Of a stretch of 15,843 bases of DNA, positions 1-8,807 are shown piece after piece (within the stretch, counting starts at the first letter, position 1; each line of letters begins with the position of its first letter). The position numbers and the translations under genes are program-made. The stretch is from Planctomycetota bacterium (lineage in GTDB: Bacteria > Planctomycetota > GCA-002687715 > DRQF01), in assembly GCA_036479435.1 (NCBI GenBank), contig JAZGFI010000021.1, forward strand, positions 1 to 15,843. The letters are read 5' to 3'. The notes beneath the pieces are model-generated. The model saw nothing but the letters and a program-made list of their open reading frames with translations, ran no database searches and was not told where the DNA came from.

Positions 1-411
1 GAGCGCCCGAGCGATACCTCTGGGGCCGAAGTCGCCGAGCCCCAAACCGCGCCGCCATGGAGGCGTGGTCCAGGTGGGAATGATGATCTGAGACGTACGG
101 TCTAAAATGTCCACGATCGCATCAGCATACCTGTCGACATCAGCAGTTAGGTTCTCTGGCTCGATTTCGTCATTCCGCAACACTGCGGCGAAGGACTCAA
201 TCACACCCTGGGGCTGGGTCCAAATAATGGTGAAATCCGGCTTTTCCCGCCACACAGAAGCCTGGGGATCGAGCAGGGTCGCCATGACCGCTGCCATCGG
301 CGCGACTCGAGCGTTGATATCTGCGCCTGACTCATCATTGTTCAGATAACCAGCGAGATTCGCCGCGTTAAACTCGGAAATGACGAGGCAACTACTCTTT
401 GCTGGCGCCAT
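1..411 (-). CDS. FkbH-like (HAD-IIIC) protein, N-terminal 137 codons; runs off the left edge of the window
   Basis: Manual translation from ATG at 411 is open to position 1: MAPAKSSCLVISEFNAANLAGYLNND...VWREKPDFTIIWTQPQGVIESF...IIIPTWTTPPWRRGLG. This resembles the N-terminal domain of FkbH-domain proteins as I recall them. It overlaps the ACP gene by 20 nt. The HAD catalytic motif lies outside the window. Confidence 0.75.
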   Translation of the reverse strand, partial: MAPAKSSCLVISEFNAANLAGYLNNDESGADINARVAPMAAVMATLLDPQASVWREKPDFTIIWTQPQGVIESFAAVLRNDEIEPENLTADVDRYADAIVDILDRTSQIIIPTWTTPPWRRGLGLGDFGPRGIARAL

Positions 412-712
412 TCGCCTCGTCCTGAAAGAGATCCAAGATGAAATCCGCCAACGCTCCGATCGTTTTTGGAGGCTCTTGGTCGCTGCCGCTCATGATGGTC
501 TCAGCGATACTAGGCGCCGAACTGAATGCGGCCTCAAGCTCACTCTCGATACAAAGCACCAAATTCAGAAACCCAAGGGAATCGAGACCAGACGAACTTC
601 CAAAGATGATGGCGTCTTCTCCATCACTCAGCCTTTGCTCAGCCGGAAGTTGGGCATTCAAGCTCTTCACGGCAGCCTTCAAGGCCTTGACAATGGCTCC
701 TCTTGCTATCAT
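392..712 (-). CDS. Acyl carrier protein
   Basis: 106 aa with an acidic C-terminal half; GLDSLGFLNLVLCIE phosphopantetheine-attachment motif; C-terminal TIGALADFI helix; ATGA overlap with the upstream gene. Confidence 0.9.
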   Translation of the reverse strand: MIARGAIVKALKAAVKSLNAQLPAEQRLSDGEDAIIFGSSSGLDSLGFLNLVLCIESELEAAFSSAPSIAETIMSGSDQEPPKTIGALADFILDLFQDEANGASKE

Positions 713-1149
713 TTCTCAACCCGTTCCTCTTGGACGGCACTTTCGAGTAATTCAAAAAGCGCCCGAGTAGGCGCATAAAGCCAGGCGATCCGGCGCCCGT
801 CAAATGCAGCCGCCGGCAGGGGCTGTTGGATGACGAGCCAGCGTTTGCTCTTTAGCTCAGCAACTTTCGCTTCCAAATCGTCGACCTCGTAACAGATGTG
901 ATAAGCCCCACCACCGCGCTGAAGAACGTCGTGAAGGTGTGAATCGGCGCCCAACGGCGCCACAAGCTCAATCGTCGGGTCACCTTCGTGTTCGCTCTTA
1001 AGAAAGCTCACTGTCGCTTTTTGAAGTGGGTCATCTACCGGTGGGCCGGTGGAGCGACACCCAAGCGAATCCTCAAGGACTCGCGTCGCGGAGGCGATGT
1101 CTTGGACGGCCATCCCGATATGGTGAAAGCAGAGCCGTTGATCGCTCAT
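709..1149 (-). CDS. VOC-family protein, methylmalonyl-CoA epimerase-like
   Basis: Four metal-ligand motifs in order: FHHIGMAV, IELVAP, YHICYEVDD, LFELLE. ATGA overlaps with the neighbours at both ends. Confidence 0.9.
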   Translation of the reverse strand: MSDQRLCFHHIGMAVQDIASATRVLEDSLGCRSTGPPVDDPLQKATVSFLKSEHEGDPTIELVAPLGADSHLHDVLQRGGGAYHICYEVDDLEAKVAELKSKRWLVIQQPLPAAAFDGRRIAWLYAPTRALFELLESAVQEERVEK

Positions 1150-1913
1150 TGCTGGCTATCCTCGTCTCCACCACCTTCATCGGCCGTGCCAAGGGACCCG
1201 CTCAGCGCAACAACGAGTTCCGACAGTTGCCCCTGAATGATGTCCATGTCCGCTGACTCATGGCTGTAAAATCCTTCAAGATCAACGTTCACGATCCGAC
1301 CGCGGGCCTCGTCGAAAATGAGATTGTACGGCTGCCAATCTCCGGGCACAACTTGGTGTTCCAGTTGGTAGCGCTCCAGGTTTTTGGACAATTCCACGAT
1401 GCCATCTCGAATCTGAGCTAATTGAACATCGGAAAAATCGACCGCTTCGACCCCATCGATCCACCACTGAACCTGTAGCAAGTTGACCCCCTGGACAAAC
1501 TCACTCTCGTAGCTTCCAGATCGATAGGCCCGGTGACAACAACAGACGTGCAAACCGATACTGTCCGATCCGACCAATCCCGTCAGCGCTTGCTGAAAAC
1601 GGGAAAAACCACTGCCACGAATCCCCCGATACACCTCGAATGCGCGAAAGCCATCATACCTCAGGACTTTGTGGACCTTTTGAGACGCGACGCGTTCTTG
1701 AATCAAAACTACATAAAATCCGTTGCGATGATTCCGAGACAACGCCAATCGGCGATACCCACGCGCAAACATGAGCCAATGGAGGGCGCAGTAGCGACTC
1801 AGAGTGAACCAGACCCCAAGAAAGGACCGCCGCCTGGCCAAGGCACCCCAGATTGGCGCCAAAGAGTAGTCTCGCTTCTCTTTTCCCGATCCAATAAGCC
1901 TGTTCACCGCCAC
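1146..1913 (-). CDS. Hypothetical protein with protein-kinase-like (APH/Kdo/RIO-type) motifs
   Basis: GTG start 3 nt after the upstream stop; ATGA overlap downstream. Motifs VHKVL, YESEFVQGVNL, PGDWQPYNLIF and IVNVDLEGF occur in PKL order. Confidence 0.7.
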   Translation of the reverse strand: MAVNRLIGSGKEKRDYSLAPIWGALARRRSFLGVWFTLSRYCALHWLMFARGYRRLALSRNHRNGFYVVLIQERVASQKVHKVLRYDGFRAFEVYRGIRGSGFSRFQQALTGLVGSDSIGLHVCCCHRAYRSGSYESEFVQGVNLLQVQWWIDGVEAVDFSDVQLAQIRDGIVELSKNLERYQLEHQVVPGDWQPYNLIFDEARGRIVNVDLEGFYSHESADMDIIQGQLSELVVALSGSLGTADEGGGDEDSQQ

Positions 1914-1916
1914 TCT

Positions 1917-3236
1917 TTATCCAGGCCTCGCCGATGAATCCCACTCATCGGGAGTCATGATTTTCCAATCCGCTGCACGGACGACCAGGGTTTCAACTCC
2001 CTGCTTTTCGCTAGCCGCGATCCACTCTCGGTACCGTTGCCTAACACGCTCCTCAGAGTTGAAGTAGAAATTCAAATCGTGTTGCACACTTCCTCCATAT
2101 CGACCGTCCTCGGCGAGGTCCTTGCTTCGTCTTGCAACATGATCGCGCGATCGTCGCTGTATTTCCTCGGGCGGCAGCCAGAGCAATAATTGCGTTGTGT
2201 TCTTCGCAGAATCGATGCAATCCAACACTTCGTGTCGAAAGGGCCCCGCTCCATCTGAGTGTCCAAGGTGACGCAAGAAGCTGCCATGCACAAAAGCCTT
2301 CGGCATCGAGACTTCACCACTGTCATGTAGCTCGTTGAGCGAAAGCACGCGTCGATCCTTGCCACCTAAAAGTCCGGCCGCCTTGGCAACACCCGGTGCT
2401 GCCCCACTCATCGCCGCGGCCGCAAAACTCTTCGCATCGTCAGGTAGCGGAGCGACGAACACGGTGAGCTCATCGATTCGGCGTCGATGTGCGAGCGTGA
2501 TCGAACGTTCCTTAAAAGTCGGCGGCAAAGTCTCAACCCGCGCGAACTGAGTGTGATGGTCACGCAACAAGTTCTCGAGAGCAGCATTCGTGATGTAGAA
2601 CTTCTGGTCTAATACTTTCGCTTTGACGAGGGGATTTTTGTCCATGATCGCAGGATTGACGTAGATAATCGGCTCCCGGTTCAAAAACCACCCTCGCAGT
2701 TTCGACATCCCTAATCGACGGCGTTCTCTTGGAGTAATCGAACAGATCTCAATTGCCAAGGTCTCACGACTCACAGAGACGAGCTTTTCCAAGGCCAACA
2801 GAGGATTGCCAACGTGATGCAAGACGTTCAAACAGGAGACGACATCGAACTTCGCCTCGATCGCGTCACGACTCAAATCTAAAACCTCAAATTCAGCGTT
2901 CACGCCACAACAATCGGCTAGCAGCCTCGCTTTTCGAATGTTCTCTGGATCGATATCATAGCCGACGGCTCGAGTGGCCCCACGACGCATGGCTTCAATG
3001 ACGAAGAACCCCTGATAGCAACCGACATCAAGGTAAGTCTTGCCTGTCATGTCCTTCGGCAAGATCGCATTGGCGGTCGCTGACCGATCACGGCCCGGCG
3101 TCGCAAGCCCGTAGGGCAACTCAAATCGCTGAAACTCGAAAAGCTCCTTTTCAAGAAGCTCAGTGACTTGCTCCTTGGTCCAGGTCGTTTGCTGTTTTGG
3201 AGCGGTCAAAAACTCGTCCTCGTTGCGCTTATGCAT
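1917..3236 (-). CDS. Class I SAM-dependent methyltransferase with an additional C-terminal domain
   Basis: YLDVGCYQGFF (motif I), VGYDID, FDVVSCLNVLHH. Its ATG directly abuts the upstream TGA (3237/3236). Confidence 0.88.
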   Translation of the reverse strand: MHKRNEDEFLTAPKQQTTWTKEQVTELLEKELFEFQRFELPYGLATPGRDRSATANAILPKDMTGKTYLDVGCYQGFFVIEAMRRGATRAVGYDIDPENIRKARLLADCCGVNAEFEVLDLSRDAIEAKFDVVSCLNVLHHVGNPLLALEKLVSVSRETLAIEICSITPRERRRLGMSKLRGWFLNREPIIYVNPAIMDKNPLVKAKVLDQKFYITNAALENLLRDHHTQFARVETLPPTFKERSITLAHRRRIDELTVFVAPLPDDAKSFAAAAMSGAAPGVAKAAGLLGGKDRRVLSLNELHDSGEVSMPKAFVHGSFLRHLGHSDGAGPFRHEVLDCIDSAKNTTQLLLWLPPEEIQRRSRDHVARRSKDLAEDGRYGGSVQHDLNFYFNSEERVRQRYREWIAASEKQGVETLVVRAADWKIMTPDEWDSSARPG

Positions 3237-4208
3237 TCAAGCATCTGAATCCACCTTTCTTGTTGCTTTAAGAATCCTGGGCGATTCGGCTCCGACGTCG
3301 TCATGTACGCCAGCTCCCGCAGGCACTTTGAGTACAGGCGACTTGAGCCTCTGCCCGATGAAGTTACGCCGTTCGCGGCGGAAGACCACCTCAGTCGCGG
3401 CTCGCAACGTGAGAATCACAATCTCACCAATCTCTGCCATGGCGGCTTGGACACGGCCGTAGTGCTTTAAGAGGTAATAGAATCGGCTTTCATAAAAGTA
3501 CTTCGTTATGCACCGATTTACCACACGTTTCCCGCAAAGATCGGCACTAGCGGCACCAGAATGACGTGCCAAGGAAAGACCACACACCCAAGTCTCCCAG
3601 CCTGATTTGTGCGCACGTAAGCAAAAATCTGTTTCTTCGAAGTACATGAAGAAACTCGAATCAAATCCACCAAGCTCTTCAAATGCCTCCCTGCGAACGA
3701 GCCACACCGCGCCGCAAACCCACTCCACTTGTCGCGGGGCATCTCCGGGCGTGATGACAACAGATCCTCGTGTGCCCAAAGTCGCCGCGCGGAGTATCCG
3801 AAAGGGAGTGGGGAACTGACGCGATTGCTGCAATTCACCCGCATCTCCACACTGAGCCGGCGAGACGACGGCGGCGCGGGGATGCTCTTCCATGAAATCA
3901 CAGAGGATACCCAAGTTTTTTTCGTCGATCGAAGCATCCGGGTTCAAGAACAAGATCATTGGCGCGGCTCCGAGGCGAGCGCCATGGTTGCATGCACGCG
4001 CAAATCCGACATTCTCTTCACCACGGACGAGATGCACCCAGGGGAATTTCGCCTCGACAACATCGGCCGTGGCATCGTCACTCGAGTTATCAACGACTAC
4101 GCATTCGGCAACTCCAGAGTGAGCCATCGACTCAAGGGGCAAGAGAGCCCCTTCAATCGTGGACTTTGATCGATAGGTTACGGTCACAGTTGTAGCACGA
4201 AGACTCAT
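3237..4208 (-). CDS. Glycosyltransferase family 2 (WbbL/rhamnosyltransferase-like subgroup)
   Basis: VVVDNSSDD, ENVGFARACNHG, LFLNPDA, WVCGAVWLVRR, GGFDSSFFMYFEETDFCLR. Confidence 0.93.
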   Translation of the reverse strand: MSLRATTVTVTYRSKSTIEGALLPLESMAHSGVAECVVVDNSSDDATADVVEAKFPWVHLVRGEENVGFARACNHGARLGAAPMILFLNPDASIDEKNLGILCDFMEEHPRAAVVSPAQCGDAGELQQSRQFPTPFRILRAATLGTRGSVVITPGDAPRQVEWVCGAVWLVRREAFEELGGFDSSFFMYFEETDFCLRAHKSGWETWVCGLSLARHSGAASADLCGKRVVNRCITKYFYESRFYYLLKHYGRVQAAMAEIGEIVILTLRAATEVVFRRERRNFIGQRLKSPVLKVPAGAGVHDDVGAESPRILKATRKVDSDA

Positions 4209-4456
4209 GAATTAGCGGCCTCTTGCCCTTTCAAGCCGGTAGAGTTTCGGCGGGCGCACCAAGTAGCGGCCGCACCGCAATGGCAGGCGAGCAAATCTTC
4301 CCAACTCAACGCAGATCCACTTCCGACCCCGAGTAGCCCCGCACAGGATAGCGTGCGAACGATTGCCGACCCAACGAAGAAAAGCCCTCGACGGCAGAAA
4401 CATGGTGCACGCAACCGAAGTGAGGGATATGAAAGGACTCATGCAACAGGCTGGCC

Positions 4457-5461
4457 TCATGGTGCGACTTTTTCCGAAATCACAACCGGAAGGCGCCCAG
4501 CGCGACGATCCTTAACGCAACGCCACTGTCCCAGGAGCTGAGACCATTTCCCGATCATCGTGAGGAGACCATGGGCGGTGGCAGTCCCAAATGAATATCC
4601 GCGGGCGCGCGCACGAATTGCCAGTCTCAGCGCCTGCGCGGGCCAAGCGGCCAACACGAACACTCCCAATCCAATTCCCCATCGCCAGCCGACAAAGTAC
4701 CAGGCCGTAATGGTCGTCGCGGTCAGCACAACCGGCCATCCGAGAGCCCACACACGCGCACTTCGCAGTGACCTACTGAAGTCAGTGCAGCCAAGTCGCA
4801 TGGCGACGTCCAGGCCGCCATAGCCCGTCCGCACTTCTCTCCACCACCATTGTCGAAAGCTATGCATGGCTGAGTCATGCGAAGCCATCATGGCTTCAAG
4901 TCGCTGGATCTTGTGCCCCGCATCTCTAATTCTCATGCAGAGTTCGGGTTCCTCCCCCGCCGGAGTGTTGGAATTAAACCCTCCAATACTGCGGAAGACT
5001 GAGCTTCGGACCATGAAAATTCCACCGCAAGACCGGATTACGCCTGCAGGCCGATCCCACTCGATGTCAGCCAACCGGTTGAAAACTGAACTTGTTGGAT
5101 CACGCTCACGTAGGCGGCCACAGATGATCGCCACGTTCGGCTCTTCGTCGAAGCATTGCAGCGCTTGTACTGGCCAGTCTTCAGAAAGCTCACAATCTCC
5201 ATCAACGAATTGGATGAATTCCAGTGGTGAGCCATCAGACATCAGTTTCTCGAAGCCGGCATTTCTGGCCTTGGCAGCGTTCGGGTTGGCAGACAAGCGG
5301 TGACTCGTCACGCCCATGTCCGCGGCTCTCTCGACACTCTGATCTTCAGAGTTCGAGTCGACATAGATGATTGGAACGCGAAGCACAAGAACTGACCGGA
5401 GGCAGCGCACCAGGCGCTCCCCTTCATTCCTTCCGATGACGACGATTCCGTATCTGCTCAT
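4457..5461 (-). CDS. Glycosyltransferase family 2 with C-terminal membrane helices
   Basis: IGRNEGERL, YVDSNSED, FVDGDC (DxD), GGIFMVR, GEEPELC; hydrophobic C-terminal segments. Confidence 0.93.
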   Translation of the reverse strand: MSRYGIVVIGRNEGERLVRCLRSVLVLRVPIIYVDSNSEDQSVERAADMGVTSHRLSANPNAAKARNAGFEKLMSDGSPLEFIQFVDGDCELSEDWPVQALQCFDEEPNVAIICGRLRERDPTSSVFNRLADIEWDRPAGVIRSCGGIFMVRSSVFRSIGGFNSNTPAGEEPELCMRIRDAGHKIQRLEAMMASHDSAMHSFRQWWWREVRTGYGGLDVAMRLGCTDFSRSLRSARVWALGWPVVLTATTITAWYFVGWRWGIGLGVFVLAAWPAQALRLAIRARARGYSFGTATAHGLLTMIGKWSQLLGQWRCVKDRRAGRLPVVISEKVAP

Positions 5462-5492
5462 GATCGATCCACGTTGAGCTCAGGCCAGAGCC

Positions 5493-8400
5493 CTAATACA
5501 TGACGTACATGGAATCGGAGACTGAAGCTTCGTCCTGCGCTGCCTCACGAGCCTCGTGGAGCTGCCCCAATTCGATTAGTTTTTGGACGATGTACTCAAG
5601 GCTCGTCGCAACGCTTCCGGGGCGCCATTGCAAGCAAACAGCTTGAGCGAGCCTCTTAGGGTCTGGATCATCTTCGGTTAATCCATCGGGAAATACGAAG
5701 ACTTCCCGCGAGTTGGAATTGGAGTCCATGTCGGTCCACGCCGTGGACCCAGAGCCATCACGCTTAACTTCAATGTCTTTACTGGGAATGAGAGCAGCCA
5801 CTTTTAGAAAGTCCCGATGAAAAACTTCCCTCAGATCTCGCGAGAATTCGTCATCTACATCATCGGACGTGGAGGTGACGACGTTCTCCTCTTCTTCGAT
5901 ATGCCCCTTGGGCTCGGGCCACTCCCCTTGCTCCTCCTTCAGAAGCAAGTACGGGCCCAGCATGAGAGCATCCATTTCGGTTCGCATGAAGCAACGAAAA
6001 GCATCGTAGGGCGAGCAAACGATCGGCTCGCCCCGCACATTAAATGAGGTGTTGACGACGACCCCAAAGCCGGTCAGTTTCTCAAATTCTCTGATGATGT
6101 CATAGTAGGACTCATTGTCTTCTCGCCGAACGGTCTGAACCCTCGCGGAGTAGTCAACGTGAGTGATCGCCGGGACGTCGCTCCTTGGCAAACGCACCTG
6201 TTCCATGAGGTCCTCACAAGACCGGTCGAGCTCAAATGGCATCCGTCGGCTCGATGACACTGGTGCCACCAAAAGCATGTGCGGGCTCTCGCAATCGATT
6301 TCAAAGTACTCGCCGACTTTCTCCGCAAGCACCGTCGGTGCAAACGGCCGAAACGACTCGCGGTACTTGATCTTGAGGTTTAGTTTTACCTGAGATTCCG
6401 GATCCCGCGGATCAGCCAGTATGGACCGATTCCCCAAGGCTCTTGGCCCGAATTCAAGGCGACCGTCGAAGTGCCCGACGACTTTCCCAGCGGCAAGTTC
6501 TTTAGCCACTCTCTTGGCACGCTCACCGCCGGAAAGAAAGTGGTATTGACATCCAAAAGTGTCGAGAAAAGACTCGATTTCAGCCGGTGAAAACGACGGT
6601 CCCCAGTAGGAACCACCTTGCTGACTCCTACCGTCCTTCGGTATGACGCGGGGCTCATCAAAGTAGTTATGATAGACGTCAAGGGCTGCGCCTAACGCGC
6701 TTCCAGAGTCGCCTGCGGCCGGCTGAATCCAGATCTCATCGAATGGCCCTTCTCTCAACAAGCGACCATTAGCAACGCAATTCAATGCAACCCCACCAGA
6801 GAGGCAGAGCTTCCGAAGTCCCGTAAGCTCATGAGCATGACGCGCCATTCGGAGCACTGCTTCTTCAGTAACAAACTGCACTGATCTTGCGATATCGACC
6901 TCGCGACGAGTGATACGGTCACCTGGCTTCCTTGGCGGACCCCCGAAGATCGAGTTGAAGTTCTCGTTGACCATCTGCGGCTCGGTCAGAAAAGCGAAGT
7001 TCTCCATCTTCAGACGAATGGAGCCGTCCTCACCCAAGTCAACGAGATATTCGAGAATGGCATCGACGTACTTCGGAGCACCATAGGGCGCCAAGCCCAT
7101 CATCTTGTACTCGCCAGAGTTCACTTTGAAACCTGTGAACTGCGTGAAAGCCGAGTAAAGCAAACCAAGGGAATGAGGAAATCTCAGCTCCTTCAAGAGC
7201 TCAATCTTGGAGCCATTCCCCTTGCCGATACTGGCAGTAGACCACTCTCCGACACCATCGACGGTGAGGATAGCTGCCTCTTCGTATGGAGATGCAAGGA
7301 ACGCTGATGCAGCATGGGAACGGTGATGGAGGTTTTGAAGAACCAGCCCTTCGTACTTCATATTCTCACGAATGACCTTCGGGATGTTCAGCTTGGTCCG
7401 AGCCCAAGTCGGCATCGACCTGATCCATGCATTTTCACTCTCTTCACCACAAGCGAGTAGCGTGTGGCAAATACGCTCGAAAGTCAGCGCAGAATTGTCG
7501 TAGTAGACAACCGCATCAATTTCATCTTGGTGGATTCCGGCTTGTTCCAGGCAAAAGTTAACGGCTCGCCGTGGAAATCTCTGATCGTTTTTCTCTCGCG
7601 TAAACCGCTCTTCTTCTGCGGCCGCCACGATCTTCCCGTTGTGCACGAGAGCCGCGGCCGAGTTGTGGTAAAAACACGACAAACCGAGCACGTATTTGCC
7701 TTTACTCTTCGGCAATGGTGCCGACTTTCGCTTTGCCGTCGGCGCCTTGGTCTCTTTGCCGAGCACGCCGCTCTGTCGGACTGCGGTCGAGATCAGCTCG
7801 GCGACCTTTTTGTGCCCTTGAGGGCCGAAATGGGGGTCGGTCTTCAAGTAGAGATTCTGGCGATCCTCCCGAGTAAGGTCTCGGATAGGAGAAGTGATAT
7901 CCGCAACCGAAACTCCATCGCGCCGGCTGGCAAACGAATCGAATAGCACCTGATAGGCGGCAGGAATGCCGTAGAAGTGGTACCTGAACTCTGGAATCGG
8001 AACGATCATGAGCGGGCGCCCGTCAAGCTGCGACACGAGCCGATCCAAGATCGCCTCCATGAGCCGCCATCCTTCGCTCTCGTTCGAAAGATAATCTGGG
8101 TAGGGGTCGAATCCTGCCAAACGATAAGCGCCCCCCCAGAGCCCCGGCAAAGATTGGCGGCTCTTCGCGACGGCTTTCATCAAGGCTGGATGCCGGCGGT
8201 AGGAACTCCGCATCTTGTAGATCAATCGCTGCGAATTGGCGCTATCAAGCTTGCCGGCTTTCTGAGCTTCCACTGGATTTCGTTCCATCGGAACGGGGAC
8301 GTTGTGGAGGACTAGGCCATCGTCTTCCAATCGAAAATACGGCTTCGGAACGATGACTCGGTCACCGGTCACGCGAACTAGACTCTCGCGCCCCGACACC

Positions 8401-8807
8401 TGAATTCTCTCAATGTTCTCAACATAAACGCAGAGCACGACCAAGTCAGCCTCCACGTTCTTTGCGAACTCCTCGAAGATCAGGAGTTGTTGGTCCGTGC
8501 CAGTCCCTGGAATTGCGTAGTTGTAGACCTCAGCACCGAGTGAACTCTCTAGGAGAGAACTGAAACATTGCTCTTGGCCGCAGCCATCGCCAGCCGTAAA
8601 GGAATCTCCAAGCAGCAGGATGCGAGGCGTACCACTTTTCTTTTCCTCATATTCGATCTCAGACCGAAAGCCGCTTGAGTTCGTGTTGACGAAATAGCCG
8701 CCCTCTTCCCCCGGAATTCTGGCCCTCAGGTTGGGAACAAACAAGTGGCCGATTCGCGGGTGGTAACGGAGGACCATTCGATGGCTGGTGTCATCTAGCA
8801 GGTTCAT
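5493..8807 (-). CDS. SGNH/GDSL hydrolase-like domain fused to a NodU/CmcH-family O-carbamoyltransferase, plus a ~140-aa C-terminal extension
   Basis: SGNH part: LLGDSF (G67-D68-S69), NYAIPGTG, D324-P-H326. Carbamoyltransferase from aa ~372: LGLSCFYHNSAAAL, HHRSHAASAF, DGVGE, EYKMMGLAPYG, GGVALNC, EFGPRALGNRS, KYRESFRPFAP, NTSFN. Confidence 0.93.
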   Translation of the reverse strand: MNLLDDTSHRMVLRYHPRIGHLFVPNLRARIPGEEGGYFVNTNSSGFRSEIEYEEKKSGTPRILLLGDSFTAGDGCGQEQCFSSLLESSLGAEVYNYAIPGTGTDQQLLIFEEFAKNVEADLVVLCVYVENIERIQVSGRESLVRVTGDRVIVPKPYFRLEDDGLVLHNVPVPMERNPVEAQKAGKLDSANSQRLIYKMRSSYRRHPALMKAVAKSRQSLPGLWGGAYRLAGFDPYPDYLSNESEGWRLMEAILDRLVSQLDGRPLMIVPIPEFRYHFYGIPAAYQVLFDSFASRRDGVSVADITSPIRDLTREDRQNLYLKTDPHFGPQGHKKVAELISTAVRQSGVLGKETKAPTAKRKSAPLPKSKGKYVLGLSCFYHNSAAALVHNGKIVAAAEEERFTREKNDQRFPRRAVNFCLEQAGIHQDEIDAVVYYDNSALTFERICHTLLACGEESENAWIRSMPTWARTKLNIPKVIRENMKYEGLVLQNLHHRSHAASAFLASPYEEAAILTVDGVGEWSTASIGKGNGSKIELLKELRFPHSLGLLYSAFTQFTGFKVNSGEYKMMGLAPYGAPKYVDAILEYLVDLGEDGSIRLKMENFAFLTEPQMVNENFNSIFGGPPRKPGDRITRREVDIARSVQFVTEEAVLRMARHAHELTGLRKLCLSGGVALNCVANGRLLREGPFDEIWIQPAAGDSGSALGAALDVYHNYFDEPRVIPKDGRSQQGGSYWGPSFSPAEIESFLDTFGCQYHFLSGGERAKRVAKELAAGKVVGHFDGRLEFGPRALGNRSILADPRDPESQVKLNLKIKYRESFRPFAPTVLAEKVGEYFEIDCESPHMLLVAPVSSSRRMPFELDRSCEDLMEQVRLPRSDVPAITHVDYSARVQTVRREDNESYYDIIREFEKLTGFGVVVNTSFNVRGEPIVCSPYDAFRCFMRTEMDALMLGPYLLLKEEQGEWPEPKGHIEEEENVVTSTSDDVDDEFSRDLREVFHRDFLKVAALIPSKDIEVKRDGSGSTAWTDMDSNSNSREVFVFPDGLTEDDPDPKRLAQAVCLQWRPGSVATSLEYIVQKLIELGQLHEAREAAQDEASVSDSMYVMY

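Noticed and set aside
1917..3236. Assignment as tRNA carboxymethyltransferase CmoB
   Set aside because: Only generic class I motifs are shared; the extra C-terminal domain and glycan-operon context argue against orthology.
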